The notes under the pieces: model-generated
Told to the model about the DNA's origin: nothing
The model's database searches: none
The model's input: the letters and a program-made list of their open reading frames with translations, nothing else
Program-made: the position numbers and the translations under genes
In this document: in pieces, positions 1 to 12,285 of the stretch
Numbering within the stretch: the first letter of the stretch is position 1
How the letters are laid out: each line of letters opens with the position of its first letter
DNA from: Alphaproteobacteria bacterium
GTDB taxonomy: Bacteria; Pseudomonadota; Alphaproteobacteria; UBA7887
Assembly (NCBI GenBank): GCA_965216755.1
Contig: CBDCGL010000011.1
Span: forward strand, 4,512,001-4,576,000
Length of the DNA stretch: 64,000 bases
Reading direction: 5' to 3'

Positions 1-177
1 CGCGACGAAAGCGGCAAGCTACAGGCGCTGGATGTCAAAGTCGGCGATCGCGTCTTGTTCGGGAAATGGTCGGGAACAGAGGTGACGCTTGATGGTGAGG
101 AGCTCTTGATCATGAAGGAATCGGACATTCTTGGCGTGATCGAGGGTGCCGCAGATATCACCAAAAAAGCCGCTTAG
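1..177 (+). CDS. groES: Co-chaperonin GroES, 3' part (truncated by window start)
   Basis: Frame 1 reads [48 protein letters not shown]..., stop TAG at 175-177, directly upstream of groEL. Confidence 0.96.
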   Translation, partial: RDESGKLQALDVKVGDRVLFGKWSGTEVTLDGEELLIMKESDILGVIEGAADITKKAA

Positions 178-201
178 CCGAATAAATTGGGAAAGGAGTG
201 A

Positions 202-1842
<1,641 letters not shown>

Positions 1843-1893
1843 GACCCAAACAGAACTGGCGTCCGCGCGATCGGATGCCATTTGCCACATGCC

Positions 1894-1924
1894 AGGGCCG
1901 CATCGTTCATGCGGCCCTTTTTTT
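1894..1924 (+). terminator. Rho-independent terminator of groESL
   Basis: AGGGCCGCAT-cgttc-ATGCGGCCCT perfect 10-bp stem followed by a T run. Confidence 0.9.
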
Positions 1925-2185
1925 GTGTGGTCGGCTCGGTTTGGCACGCGAAACGCCGAGATTAAACCGTCAAAAACAAGACCGGTAAAATTTGAACAAA
2001 CTTGCTGAACAATTCAAATAAATATCTAAGATAAAAGAAAGTAAGATCTGCTTTTTATTAGCAATGTGCGCTCGATATCAGTGTTTGATTGGTCTAAATC
2101 TCTATTAAGGCTATGCGTTGTGACCAATCGAAGCTTTGTTTGTGTCTGAACTTTTACCTCTGTGACTAGAGTCACTTCCGACAAG

Positions 2186-2200
2186 TTAACGGAACCTTAG
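2186..2200. promoter_or_regulatory. Putative CtrA-binding site upstream of the tad locus
   Basis: TTAA-N7-TTAG (reverse strand CTAA-N7-TTAAC), one mismatch from the CtrA consensus; GANTC site at 2169-2173 within a GTGACT-ag-AGTCAC inverted repeat. Confidence 0.5.
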
Positions 2201-2617
2201 TTTGTTTGCCGTGTAAAGCGGTAGTGAGAAATCGATTACGCCGCGATCACGTCCATGGTGATGACCGGCCGGTTATCAGAGGGGAACCAGCGCATGGCAC
2301 GGATAATGAGCCGCGAATGTACCGCCCTGCGGCGCTCGTCTTCGAAGTGCGCCGCGGTCGGCCCGCATTTCGGCTGGTCGCCGGGTCTGTATGACGATCG
2401 GCGAACGGAGACGCCACTATGACGAGAATATCGCCACGAAGACTCACCCGCGCAACCGCGCGCCGGAACCGAACCCCCGCGCAACTGGCGCGCGGACGGG
2501 CACGGGCAGGCACGCGCCGTCGCTATCGCGGCAGCGTGTGTGTCGAACGCGGTTTTGAGCGATGTCTCATCGGACTCGCCGGGTGACCACGGCAACGGTT
2601 GGTTTGGGACGCAGGGG

Positions 2618-3148
2618 ATGATTATCAGCGATGCCCTCCACATGCTCGCGATTGGGGCATTCGCGCTGGCGCTGGTTTGGGCGACGGTGACGGACTTCCT
2701 GTATTTGCGCGTCCTCAATGCCACCAGCGTGCTGATTGTGGCGGTGTATCCCCTTTATGTGGTGACAGCGCCCGCGGCGATTGATTGGCTCGGCGCGCTG
2801 GCTGTGGCCGGAGTCGTTTTCGCGGTTGGGTTTGTCATGTTTGTGCGCAACTGGTTTGGCGGTGGCGACGCCAAACTGCTGACCGCTGTGGCCCTGTGGG
2901 CCGGGCCGACGCACATTTTACCAGTTTTGCTGATCACAGGGCTTGCCGGGGGCGTCTTGGCGCTGGCCATGATTTCGCCGGCCAAATATCTGTTTGCCTC
3001 GATCTTGCCGATTGGGACGCGTACCCACGCCGGCGGCACCGTCGAACCGTCATCCGGTGAACACGCAAATCTCAAAATGAGCGTGCCCTACGCATTCGCG
3101 ATCGCGGTGGGCGGGCTATGGATCGTACCAAACCTAGTAGGACTATAA
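2618..3148 (+). CDS. cpaA: Prepilin peptidase, A24 family (CpaA/TadV)
   Basis: Hydrophobic; TD..YLRV.N and FGGGDAKLL aspartate motifs; VPYAFAIA; first gene of the cpa operon; start placed at ATG 2618 after AGGGG. Confidence 0.9.
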   Translation: MIISDALHMLAIGAFALALVWATVTDFLYLRVLNATSVLIVAVYPLYVVTAPAAIDWLGALAVAGVVFAVGFVMFVRNWFGGGDAKLLTAVALWAGPTHILPVLLITGLAGGVLALAMISPAKYLFASILPIGTRTHAGGTVEPSSGEHANLKMSVPYAFAIAVGGLWIVPNLVGL

Positions 3149-3204
3149 GCAATGGTTAGCAGCAAAACAGGCTGCCGTTTGACCGATATTTGCGAGGGTG
3201 AACT

Positions 3205-4182
3205 ATGAGAGCGCGCGCACTGTTTTTGCTTGTGTTCGCCGTTGTCGCGGCGGGTGGCACGGCGTATCTTGCGCGGGGGTGGCTTAACGCCCAACGGGCG
3301 CAAGTCGTCACGCCCGTTGAGCAGCCGAAAGAAGTGGCGAGCGTGTATGTGCTCGTCGCGGCGCAAACGTTGCCCACGGGCACGTTCGTGCGTGATCAGG
3401 ATCTGCGTTGGCAAGCTTGGCCGGACGAAGACATCCCCGAGAATTATTTGATCAAAGAGACGACCGACAAGGACGAGCTTGTCGGCGCCGTTGTTCGTGC
3501 GCGGATCGTGACCGGCGAGCCGATTTTGCCGGATCAGGTGGTCAAGCCGGGCGACAAGGGCTTCTTGGCGGCGGTGATCCGCCCGGGCATGCGTGCGCTT
3601 ACGGTTCATGTCGATCGTGCATCTGGCGGCGCCGGGTTGGTGTTTCCGGGCGACCAGGTCGACTTGATCCTGACCCATGGCATCGAGGTTGAGTACGAGA
3701 CCCAGGAAGACGGCAAGCAGAAGACCAAGTCGGTCGAGCACCAAGCGAGTGAAACCGTCGCACGGGGTGTGCGTGTCGTCGCTGTTGATCAGTACACGGA
3801 CGTACAAGACGGTGATTCGGTCGTCGCTAAGACGGCCACGTTAGAAGTGACGCCAAAGCAAGCCGAAGTGGTCGCCGTCAGCGCGGAGCTTGGCACACTG
3901 ACCATGAGCTTGAAAAGTTTGGTTGACACGCCGGAAAGTCTGGGCGGCCAAGAAGAGCTTATCTTGGTTGGGACACAGCCCGAGTCCGGGCCGGCGCCGG
4001 AACAGCGGTCCATGAGCCTGCCGGAGCCACAGCCGTCGGAACCCAGCTACACATGGGACAGTGACGCGAGCAACCTCATCACCCCGCCGGGCACGGTTGG
4101 CGGCAACCGTCATCAAACGCCAATTACGGTCGCGCGCGGCTCGGAGTCGGAATCAGTGAATGTCGACAGGGTCAGCAAATGA
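3205..4182 (+). CDS. cpaB: Flp pilus assembly protein CpaB (RcpC)
   Basis: N-terminal TM; VLVAAQTLPTG SAF domain; PGMRALTV, PGDQVDLILT, TATLEVTPKQAE. Confidence 0.93.
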   Translation: MRARALFLLVFAVVAAGGTAYLARGWLNAQRAQVVTPVEQPKEVASVYVLVAAQTLPTGTFVRDQDLRWQAWPDEDIPENYLIKETTDKDELVGAVVRARIVTGEPILPDQVVKPGDKGFLAAVIRPGMRALTVHVDRASGGAGLVFPGDQVDLILTHGIEVEYETQEDGKQKTKSVEHQASETVARGVRVVAVDQYTDVQDGDSVVAKTATLEVTPKQAEVVAVSAELGTLTMSLKSLVDTPESLGGQEELILVGTQPESGPAPEQRSMSLPEPQPSEPSYTWDSDASNLITPPGTVGGNRHQTPITVARGSESESVNVDRVSK

Positions 4183-5576
4183 AATTGATGTCTAAAGCCT
4201 CTGTGGCGGCACTGCTTGTTGCCCTTACCACAGCCATTCTCGGCGATCTCGGATCGGCCGCTGCGGAGAGCATCGTTGCGACCCGTAGCGAACCCATCGT
4301 GGTCGAAGTCAATCGCGGGACTGTGGTTCGCTTGGCGGCCTCGGCTAGTCACGTGTTTGTCGCCAATCCCGAGGTTGCCGACGTTCAGGTCAAATCGGAA
4401 CGGCTACTCTATATTTTTGGCAAAAAAGCGGGTCAAACCACTGTTTATGCGGTCGGGCCCGATGACACGGTCTTGATGCGCCGCGATATTGATGTCACAC
4501 ACAATCTTGGCAGCCTCAGCCAAGCCATTGAACAGATCGTTCCCAATGGCGTGGTTGCTGTTGAATCGGTGGAAGGCACGATCGTCCTAACCGGCCAAGT
4601 CGCCACGGCCGCCGAAGCGGAGACCATTCGCGCGCTCACCGCCAACATGGTCGAAGAACGCGAGCATGTGATCAATCAAATCAATATCACCGGGCCAAAC
4701 CAAGTCAGCCTGCGCGTCAAGATCGTCGAGATGCGACGGGATGTCGGCAAGAAACTGGGGATAAACTTTAACAATGCTTTACGTCTGCGCGATGTTGGCT
4801 CAGACGTGGCCTTCGGTCTGTTTACGCCGGATATCGGCAATCTGGTCGACAATATCCCGGTCAACCAGGCGAACTTGTTCGTCAACAATGCGGCCACAGA
4901 CATTGATTTGATCTTTGATCTGTTGGACCGCGAGAACCTGGTGTCGGTCTTGGCCGAACCGAATCTGACGGCCATTTCCGGCGAGACCGCCAGTTTCCTG
5001 GTTGGTGGCGAATTCCCCATCCCGATCTCGCAGCGTGAAGATCGTATCACAATCGTGTTCAAGGAATTCGGTATCAAACTGGCGTTTACGCCAACGATGG
5101 TGAGTCGGAACCGAATCAGCTTGAACGTGCGTCCGGAAGTGAGCCGATTGTCCGATGAGGGCGCGATCGAGCTGGCCAACATTCGGGTCCCAGCTTTGGC
5201 CACCCGGCGTGCCGAAACCACAGTGGAATTGGGCAGCGGGCAGAGCTTTGCAATTGCCGGCCTGCTTTCGAACGATACCCAGAACGAGATCAAGAAATAT
5301 CCCGGTTTGGGCGATTTGCCGGTTCTGGGCGCGCTGTTCCGTTCAAATCAGTTCATTCGTAACGAAACTGAACTGGTCATCATCGTCACACCGCTGATCG
5401 TCCAGCCGGTCCGCCAGCAGATGGCAACGCCGATGGATGGATACACCGTGCCGAACGATGTTGAACGCTATTGGGAAGGTCGGCGCTATCGCCAGGGTAT
5501 GCCGATCCCGTCCGGTGGGCCCGCCACGCGGTCCAGTGGCGGCATTGTCGGTCAAGCCGGTTACACGCTGTTCTAG
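4179..5576 (+). CDS. cpaC: Tad secretin CpaC/RcpA
   Basis: VANPEVADVQ N-domain, BON-like region, LAEPNLTAISGETASFLVGGEFPIP, LGDLPVLGALFRS secretin motifs. Confidence 0.95.
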   Translation: MKLMSKASVAALLVALTTAILGDLGSAAAESIVATRSEPIVVEVNRGTVVRLAASASHVFVANPEVADVQVKSERLLYIFGKKAGQTTVYAVGPDDTVLMRRDIDVTHNLGSLSQAIEQIVPNGVVAVESVEGTIVLTGQVATAAEAETIRALTANMVEEREHVINQINITGPNQVSLRVKIVEMRRDVGKKLGINFNNALRLRDVGSDVAFGLFTPDIGNLVDNIPVNQANLFVNNAATDIDLIFDLLDRENLVSVLAEPNLTAISGETASFLVGGEFPIPISQREDRITIVFKEFGIKLAFTPTMVSRNRISLNVRPEVSRLSDEGAIELANIRVPALATRRAETTVELGSGQSFAIAGLLSNDTQNEIKKYPGLGDLPVLGALFRSNQFIRNETELVIIVTPLIVQPVRQQMATPMDGYTVPNDVERYWEGRRYRQGMPIPSGGPATRSSGGIVGQAGYTLF

Positions 5577-5590
5577 GGAGTAGGCAGATT

Positions 5591-6259
5591 ATGTCGATAG
5601 CAACCAAACCACTGCGCGCTCTTCTGCCTATCGGGGTGGCGCTCGCCACGCTGACGGCAGTTTCCGGATGCGCCAATGTCAATGAGCAATATCGTTCCGA
5701 CAACGACAGACCAAAGGAACTGCAAGTCGATCTGGTAAAGATGCATCACGCGGTGCGCTTCAACAACGGCAGCACGGATATCGGCCAAATGGAGTTGGCT
5801 GAGCTTGACATGTTCCTGCAACGGATCCGCCTGGAACGCGGCGATCAGATCTTTGTCAGCGGGCTAGGTCCGGTTGACCCGTTGACTGAAGACCGTGTGT
5901 CGACCGTTGTGAGTCAACTCGGCGGCTGGGGCGTTCCCGCGCGTTTTGGTGGCCGCGTCGCCGGTGGAGCACGCACCGATGGACCCACGGTCTTGGTCAC
6001 GGTCGAACGGCATGTGATCATCTATCCGGATTGCCCGGATTGGGAGAAGTCCGCCGTTGGCGATTTCAAGAATACGCCCGGCAGCAACTTTGGCTGCGCG
6101 AACGTCACCAATTTGGGATTGATGGTCGCCGATCCGCGCGACTTGCTCGGCGGACAGCCGATGACAGAGTCCGACGCCACCCGGTTGGCGGCGGGAGTCG
6201 AGCGATATCGCAATGACGAAACCAAAGAAATCCTCGTCGAGGAGTCGAAAGTAGAATGA
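5591..6259 (+). CDS. cpaD: Pilus assembly lipoprotein CpaD
   Basis: Lipobox VSGC; CPDW...NFGCANVTNLGLMVADPRDLL; start ATG 5591 after GGGAG. Confidence 0.9.
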   Translation: MSIATKPLRALLPIGVALATLTAVSGCANVNEQYRSDNDRPKELQVDLVKMHHAVRFNNGSTDIGQMELAELDMFLQRIRLERGDQIFVSGLGPVDPLTEDRVSTVVSQLGGWGVPARFGGRVAGGARTDGPTVLVTVERHVIIYPDCPDWEKSAVGDFKNTPGSNFGCANVTNLGLMVADPRDLLGGQPMTESDATRLAAGVERYRNDETKEILVEESKVE

Positions 6260-7473
6260 CCGCGCTCGCAACGCGTCCAAACGGCAAGGGGCAAGCCGGC
6301 GCTCAGCGGCCGTCCACTGTCACCGCTTTTTTGCAGGATGATCAAAGTCGTCAGGTTATCGAACAGGTCCTTAACGGGCGACTTTGGCCGTCGAACGATC
6401 TTCGCGTCGGCGAAGTGGACGACGCCGTTCAGTTTCTGACCGACCACGAATCGCCAGATGTATTGATCGTCGATGTGTCCTCGGCGCGCAATCCGGCCAC
6501 GCGCGTACAGTTGTTGTCGAAGCTTTGCGCAAGCAGCTCACGCATCATCGGCATCGGCGAGATCAATGATGTCGATCTCTATAGGCAGGTTCTGGACGCC
6601 GGATTGGTCGACTATTTGATCAAGCCATTGACCCCCGAGTCGGTCGAACGCGCTTTTGACGCGGAGCCGCGGCAGTCAGGGGCCGCCATCGCCAGCAATA
6701 AGCGTTTGATGGCATTTGTTGGTGCGCGCGGCGGCGTTGGCACGACAACGATTGCTGTCAGCACGGCTTGGCTGCTGGCTCACGACTATGCGCAGCAGAC
6801 GGCACTTGTGGATCTAGACCTGCATTTCGGGACTTGTTCCTTGTCGTTGGATCTGCTGCCCGGGCGCGGGTTGCGTGAGGCACTTGAGCATCCGGAACGT
6901 ATCGATACGTTGTTTGTAGCCCGTGCCATGGTCAAGGAAAGCGACAATTTGTCCATCCTTGGTGGCGAAGAATCGCTTCATGAGAGCGCGCAGCTTAACG
7001 GCCATGGGCTCGAAATGCTGCTTGCGGAGTTGCAGCAAAATTTCGATCAGATCGTAATCGACCTCCCGCGTGACATACTGATCGCGTTTCCGCAGCTGCT
7101 TAACGCCATCCAGAAATTGGTCGTTGTGTCCGATCTGTCCTTGCCCGGCGTTCGCGACGCGTTGCGTGTGCTGACCTTGGCGAAGGATTCGGCGCCTGAT
7201 CTGGACGTACGCATGCTGGTCAATCAAGCAGGTCGGAGCAAGTTTGACGGTCTGCCTGTGGGCGAGTTCGAACGCGGCATTTCGGCGAAGATCGATTGGT
7301 TGGTGCCGTTTGATGCCAAAGCCATGGGCACGGCGAATAAACAAGGTCGTTCGGTGGTCGATGTTGCGCGCAATTCGAAAATGGTTCGCGAGCTGCGCGC
7401 CATGTGCGAGGCGCTCTCGGGCGCCGTGCAACCGAAGAAGCGCACCATCCTTCCGTTCAAGAAAGCTAGCTAG
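6256..7473 (+). CDS. cpaE: Pilus assembly protein CpaE/TadZ (receiver-like + ParA/MinD-like domain)
   Basis: GARGGVGTTTIA deviant Walker A, VDLDLHFG, N-terminal atypical receiver domain. Confidence 0.92.
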   Translation: MTALATRPNGKGQAGAQRPSTVTAFLQDDQSRQVIEQVLNGRLWPSNDLRVGEVDDAVQFLTDHESPDVLIVDVSSARNPATRVQLLSKLCASSSRIIGIGEINDVDLYRQVLDAGLVDYLIKPLTPESVERAFDAEPRQSGAAIASNKRLMAFVGARGGVGTTTIAVSTAWLLAHDYAQQTALVDLDLHFGTCSLSLDLLPGRGLREALEHPERIDTLFVARAMVKESDNLSILGGEESLHESAQLNGHGLEMLLAELQQNFDQIVIDLPRDILIAFPQLLNAIQKLVVVSDLSLPGVRDALRVLTLAKDSAPDLDVRMLVNQAGRSKFDGLPVGEFERGISAKIDWLVPFDAKAMGTANKQGRSVVDVARNSKMVRELRAMCEALSGAVQPKKRTILPFKKAS

Positions 7474-7481
7474 CGAGCGGT

Positions 7482-9299
7482 ATGTTTCGGCGACGCGATA
7501 GACCAGGCGATGGGGGACAACGACGACGGCCGCTGACAGCGGATGGCGCTGAGCCGGTCGTCGACGAAACGCCCCCTGAAGCGCCGGCGCCCGCGCCGCC
7601 GACGCCGGATGCACCGAAGATTGGGAATGACCGATTGGGCTTGATCCAATCGGTTTGCGATTTGGTCTGCTCCCAAATCGGCGAGCGTGTTGATCTGGAT
7701 GATGCGGTCAAGCAATCGCGCGGCAAATTCTCGCACATCGTTGGTGTCGTCGCTGGCGAAGTGCTGGGTGAGACCGGCGTTCAGCTGGAACCGATTGAAC
7801 AGCGTTATTTGGTGACCATGATCATGAAGGAGGTGGCCTCCTTCGTCGAAGAACATGGTGGCGATGCCGATGACGTGCCTGACCTTGACGAAGATCCGAT
7901 GGTCGCGAGCCTCGGACTTGCGGTGCAATCCGCCGACGAAAATGCGCGCAGGAATAGTTCAGCGCCGAAGCCCGCCGCCAAGGCGCAGGCCGGCGACGAC
8001 GGCGATATTATTTCGGCCAGTAAGAACAGCGTCGAAGCGGCCAAAAAAGCAATTCAGCCGGTTTTGCTGGAACGGATCGATGTAACAATCGCCACACAGC
8101 TGCCGCGCGCTGAACTCGCCGAGCAGATCAACGAACTCGTCCAAGAGATCTCCGACGAGTCCAAGATTCAGCTTAACAGCCTAGAGCAACGCAATCTTGT
8201 CACCTCGTTGATCAACGATATGATCGGCTTGGGGCCGCTTGAACCATTGCTGGCTGATCGTTCGGTTACCGACATCATGGTCAACGGCCCCGACAGCGTC
8301 TATGTCGAACGCGCCGGCAAGCTGGATTTGACGGACGTCACATTTATCGACAACACGCACGTTCTCAACGTTGCCACGCGCATTGTGACGGCGGTCGGCC
8401 GGCGCATTGATGAGACCACGCCACTTTGCGATGCGCGCTTGGAAGACGGTAGCCGCGTAAACGTCATCATACCGCCCTTGGCCATCGACGGTCCGTCGAT
8501 CTCGATTCGTAAGTTTGCGGCGAAAAAAATCACACTGGATGTGATGGAGAAGCAACGCAATCTATCGCCGGCGATGGCTAATGTTCTCAAGATTGCTGGG
8601 CGTTGTCGCCTCAACATCATTATTTCCGGCGGTACCGGTTCGGGTAAGACGACAACGCTGAACGCGATTTCGCAACTGATCGAGCCCGGAGAGCGCATTG
8701 TCACGATCGAGGACGCCGCGGAACTTCAGCTTCAGCAGCCGCATGTCGTGCGTTTGGAAACACGACCGGCAAATCTGGAGGGCAAAGGCGAGATCACCAT
8801 GCGTGACTTGCTGCGCAACACACTGCGTATGCGCCCGGATCGCATCATCTTGGGCGAGGTTCGTGGCGCCGAGGTGGTTGACATGCTGCAGGCTATGAAC
8901 ACTGGCCACGATGGTTCGTTGTGTACCATTCACGCCAACAATCCGCGTGAAGGATTGACGCGGCTTGAAAACATGGTTGGCCTAGCGGGTGTCAATCTCT
9001 CGCCAAAAGCGATCCGCACGCAGATCGTTCAAGCGGTCGATCTGATCGTGCAAGTCAGCCGCATGCGCGACGGTGTGCGGCGCGTGACCCACATCACAGA
9101 AGTTGTTGGCCAAGAAGAAGACGTCATTCTCACGCAGGACCTGTTCACCTTCAAATATGAGGGCGAAGGCGACGACAATCGCCTTAAAGGGCAGTACGTG
9201 TCGAGTGGCATTCGACCACATCTGATGACCAAAGCCGAGTATTTTGGTCTGGATCGCGCATTGTTAGAGACGATGTCTTGGGAGTCGGCGGCGGCATGA
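7482..9299 (+). CDS. cpaF: Tad secretion ATPase CpaF/TadA with extended N-terminus
   Basis: [19 protein letters not shown] Walker [31 protein letters not shown]. Confidence 0.96.
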   Translation: MFRRRDRPGDGGQRRRPLTADGAEPVVDETPPEAPAPAPPTPDAPKIGNDRLGLIQSVCDLVCSQIGERVDLDDAVKQSRGKFSHIVGVVAGEVLGETGVQLEPIEQRYLVTMIMKEVASFVEEHGGDADDVPDLDEDPMVASLGLAVQSADENARRNSSAPKPAAKAQAGDDGDIISASKNSVEAAKKAIQPVLLERIDVTIATQLPRAELAEQINELVQEISDESKIQLNSLEQRNLVTSLINDMIGLGPLEPLLADRSVTDIMVNGPDSVYVERAGKLDLTDVTFIDNTHVLNVATRIVTAVGRRIDETTPLCDARLEDGSRVNVIIPPLAIDGPSISIRKFAAKKITLDVMEKQRNLSPAMANVLKIAGRCRLNIIISGGTGSGKTTTLNAISQLIEPGERIVTIEDAAELQLQQPHVVRLETRPANLEGKGEITMRDLLRNTLRMRPDRIILGEVRGAEVVDMLQAMNTGHDGSLCTIHANNPREGLTRLENMVGLAGVNLSPKAIRTQIVQAVDLIVQVSRMRDGVRRVTHITEVVGQEEDVILTQDLFTFKYEGEGDDNRLKGQYVSSGIRPHLMTKAEYFGLDRALLETMSWESAAA

Positions 9300-10306
9300 G
9301 TTCAGATCAATCAATTCTGCTGCTTATCATGGGCGGTAGCGTCATATTCTTCCTATTGTTTGGCATGTTCGGCATCGAGCTGGTGGCTGGCGACGCGCGG
9401 CGCACCCGCAAACGAGTCGAGGGTTTGCGCAATCGCTGGCGGCCGGACGCGTCGGCAGCGGCACAACGCATGGCGGTTAAGGCATCGAGCGTGAAGCGCG
9501 ATACCAACTACAGCGCCAACCCGTTGATCGACCGCGTGCTGCGCCAGGCCATTCCCCGACCGGATCGCCTGCGCGCGCGACTACAGCAAACCGGAAAGGA
9601 CATTACGCTCGGCGTCTATGCGATCATCAATGTCCTAATGTTGATTGCCGCCGGTGGCGGCGCGCATTTCTGGATCGGGCTGTCACCAATCCTATCGGCC
9701 ATGGTCGGTCTTACGATCGGTGTCGGCCTGCCCCATTTCATGATTGGGCGCATGATTGCCAAGCGGCAGAAAAAGTTCTTGGGTCAATTTCCGGAATCGC
9801 TCGACCTGATTGTCCGGGGCTTGAAGTCGGGCCTGCCTGTGACCGAGACGATGGGCATGGTTGCACGCGAAATGCCCGATCCTGTTGGAACCGAGTTTCG
9901 CCGGGTGGCGGACGAAGTTCAATTGGGCCAAACCATGGAGCAAGCCCTGTGGGAGGCCGCCCAGCGTATCGCCGTCCAGGAGATGAAGTTTTTCATCATC
10001 GCACTTTCGATTCAACGGGAAACGGGCGGTAATCTGGCCGAAACACTTGAGAATCTGTCTGATATCTTGCGCCGACGTCGGCAAATGAAGATGAAAATCC
10101 GGGCCATGTCCTCGGAAGCACGTGCCAGTGCCATGATTATTGGTGCTATGCCGTTTATTGTCAGCGGCATCCTTTATTTGGTGAACCGGGATTACGTCAT
10201 GATGCTGGTCACCGATCCGCGTGGCGTGGTCTTGGCGTCCGTCGGATTGACCCTGATGGCGGTTGGCGGTGGTGTGATGGCGAAAATGATTAGGTTCGAC
10301 GTATGA
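9296..10306 (+). CDS. tadB: Tad inner-membrane platform protein TadB
   Basis: QFPESLDLIVRGLKSGLP, ETGGNLAETLENL T2SS-F motifs; ATGA overlap with cpaF stop. Confidence 0.93.
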   Translation: MSSDQSILLLIMGGSVIFFLLFGMFGIELVAGDARRTRKRVEGLRNRWRPDASAAAQRMAVKASSVKRDTNYSANPLIDRVLRQAIPRPDRLRARLQQTGKDITLGVYAIINVLMLIAAGGGAHFWIGLSPILSAMVGLTIGVGLPHFMIGRMIAKRQKKFLGQFPESLDLIVRGLKSGLPVTETMGMVAREMPDPVGTEFRRVADEVQLGQTMEQALWEAAQRIAVQEMKFFIIALSIQRETGGNLAETLENLSDILRRRRQMKMKIRAMSSEARASAMIIGAMPFIVSGILYLVNRDYVMMLVTDPRGVVLASVGLTLMAVGGGVMAKMIRFDV

Positions 10307-11277
10307 ACTTTGAACTTTTATTGCCGCCCGGCGTAACCGGGGATGAGGTGATCGCGGTGCTTGCCGGGATTGCCATGTTTATCACGCTGGTGTCACTCTG
10401 GCAGGCACTGATTGCGCGCGACCCGACGGCAGCCCGAGTCCGTGCGATGTCTGAACGCAGCCGAGCCTTGAAATCCCAAGTGTTGGCACCGGTCCATCGC
10501 AAACGACGCGATACAGGGATGGGGTTCGTCCGGCAAGCGGTGACCAGTCTCAAGTTGGTCGGTGGCGAGACGTCGAAACGCGTGACCATTTCGTTGGCGC
10601 GCGCGGGGTTCCGCTCGCGCGACGCGCTGATGCTGTTCATGTTTATGAAGTTTGTGCTGCCGGTTGCGTTCGGAATTGGTGGATTGGTCTTTTTGAGCGG
10701 CCTGAAACTGTTCAGCTTGCCGCCGATGGCCAACACGATCATCTCAGGCATTCTTGTCGTGTTCGGCGTTTTTGCGCCCGATATCTTTGTCAAGAACCGC
10801 GCGGACAAGCGGCGTACGGCGCTGCGCAAATCATTACCCGATGCGATTGACCTGTTGGTCGTTTGTTCGGAGGCAGGCCTAAGCCTGGATGCCGCGTTGG
10901 ATCGCGTGGCGCGCGAGATCGCCGGGCCGTCGCCGGAACTTGCCGACGAGCTCGGCCTGACGGCGGTGGAGCTGCGCTTTCTACCGGAACGCAGAAAGGC
11001 GCTGGAGAACATGGCCGAGCGGACCGGGTTACCCGGCATTCAGGGTTTGATGAACACACTGATCCAGACGGAAAAATACGGCACGCCACTGGCCAATTCG
11101 TTGCGTGTACTGGCTAACGAAATGCGCAATGAACGGCTGATGCGGGCAGAGGAAAAGGCTGCCCGCTTGCCGGCCATTCTGACGGTCCCGATGGTGGTGT
11201 TCATCATGCCGGCCCTATTCATTGTGCTGATAGGGCCGGGCATTCTGAAAACGATCGATGGACTTAGTGGACTCTAG
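10303..11277 (+). CDS. tadC: Tad inner-membrane platform protein TadC
   Basis: LPDAIDLLVVCSEAGLSLDAAL, QTEKYGTP, RAEEKAARLP. Confidence 0.93.
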   Translation: MNFELLLPPGVTGDEVIAVLAGIAMFITLVSLWQALIARDPTAARVRAMSERSRALKSQVLAPVHRKRRDTGMGFVRQAVTSLKLVGGETSKRVTISLARAGFRSRDALMLFMFMKFVLPVAFGIGGLVFLSGLKLFSLPPMANTIISGILVVFGVFAPDIFVKNRADKRRTALRKSLPDAIDLLVVCSEAGLSLDAALDRVAREIAGPSPELADELGLTAVELRFLPERRKALENMAERTGLPGIQGLMNTLIQTEKYGTPLANSLRVLANEMRNERLMRAEEKAARLPAILTVPMVVFIMPALFIVLIGPGILKTIDGLSGL

Positions 11278-11325
11278 ATAATGTCGTTTCGGTATCGAGT
11301 TAGGCAGCGTCTGGCCGGGACCCGC

Positions 11326-12285
11326 TTAGAGCGGATCCACAGCCGTGAAATCGCCGATGCCGACACCGATCGCGTCGGCCTGATTGATCGCCGTGCCGGA
11401 ACCACGCAAGACTTCGTAGTAGCCGAGGTTCTGTTGAACGTCGTCTTCGGCGAGGTCGCGGCGCGCAACCTCTGCCGCTTTCTCGGGTTGGCCGGCAAGC
11501 CCGTAGGCAAGCGCCAGATTTTGGCGATGGCGGGGCGTGGCGTCGGGCCCGGTGGCCAATTCAGACAGCGTTTCAATGGCGGCGTCGTAGTCACCGCTCA
11601 ACGCCAGGGACAGGCCCAAATTGCCACGGACAGACTCGTCATTGGGCGCCAGGGCCATGGCTTGACGGTAGTGCTTTTGCGCTTCGCCAAACTGGCCGGC
11701 TTTATCCCGCGCGACCCCCATGCTGTTCAAGGCGCGCACATCAGCCGGGTTTTTTGCCAACACAACATTCAGCTTTTCGACCGCAAGTTCGGTCTGGTCA
11801 AGCTGAATCAGGGCATTGGCCAGGCCGCGCAAGGCTTGGCTGTTATCTGGCACGAAGTCCAACGCTTCGCGGAAAGTTTCGGCGGCTTCGTTTGGTTGGC
11901 CGATCGCCGCCAACGTTTCTCCCAGGCCGATCAGCGGCACGGGGTCTTGCGGGGCAAAAGCAAGCGCACGGCGATAGAGATTGATGGCCGTTGCGTATTC
12001 ACCGCGGGCGCGCGCGTTGTCCGCAACACGCACTATGGCCGCGGCCGGGCCTTCCACCTGGGCGCCATCTTCGGCGGCTTCGGCGGGTGGCCAAACGTCC
12101 TTGCTGTTCTTCTGGACATGGTTTGTGTACATGTCCGTGCACGCACCCAGCATGAGAGCCAGGACACTGCACGCGATCATCGGGCGGTCGAAACGGCGGC
12201 TCGACTTTCTCTCATTGGCATCGCCCCGAACGGATTGGTCGGGGCCAAGATCATGGGTACCTTGCAATGCTAACCGTAACGTCAC
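11326..12285 (-). CDS. tadD: TPR lipoprotein, TadD/CpaO-like pilotin
   Basis: Lipobox LGAC, TPR repeats, NLGLSLALSG and RQNLALAYGLAG; exact start uncertain (12180-12285). Confidence 0.85.
   Translation of the reverse strand: MTLRLALQGTHDLGPDQSVRGDANERKSSRRFDRPMIACSVLALMLGACTDMYTNHVQKNSKDVWPPAEAAEDGAQVEGPAAAIVRVADNARARGEYATAINLYRRALAFAPQDPVPLIGLGETLAAIGQPNEAAETFREALDFVPDNSQALRGLANALIQLDQTELAVEKLNVVLAKNPADVRALNSMGVARDKAGQFGEAQKHYRQAMALAPNDESVRGNLGLSLALSGDYDAAIETLSELATGPDATPRHRQNLALAYGLAGQPEKAAEVARRDLAEDDVQQNLGYYEVLRGSGTAINQADAIGVGIGDFTAVDPL

Noticed and set aside
1942-1956. Sigma-54-like TGGCACG-N4-ACGC after the groEL terminator
   Set aside because: The -12 element is poor and the site is about 660 nt from the next gene.
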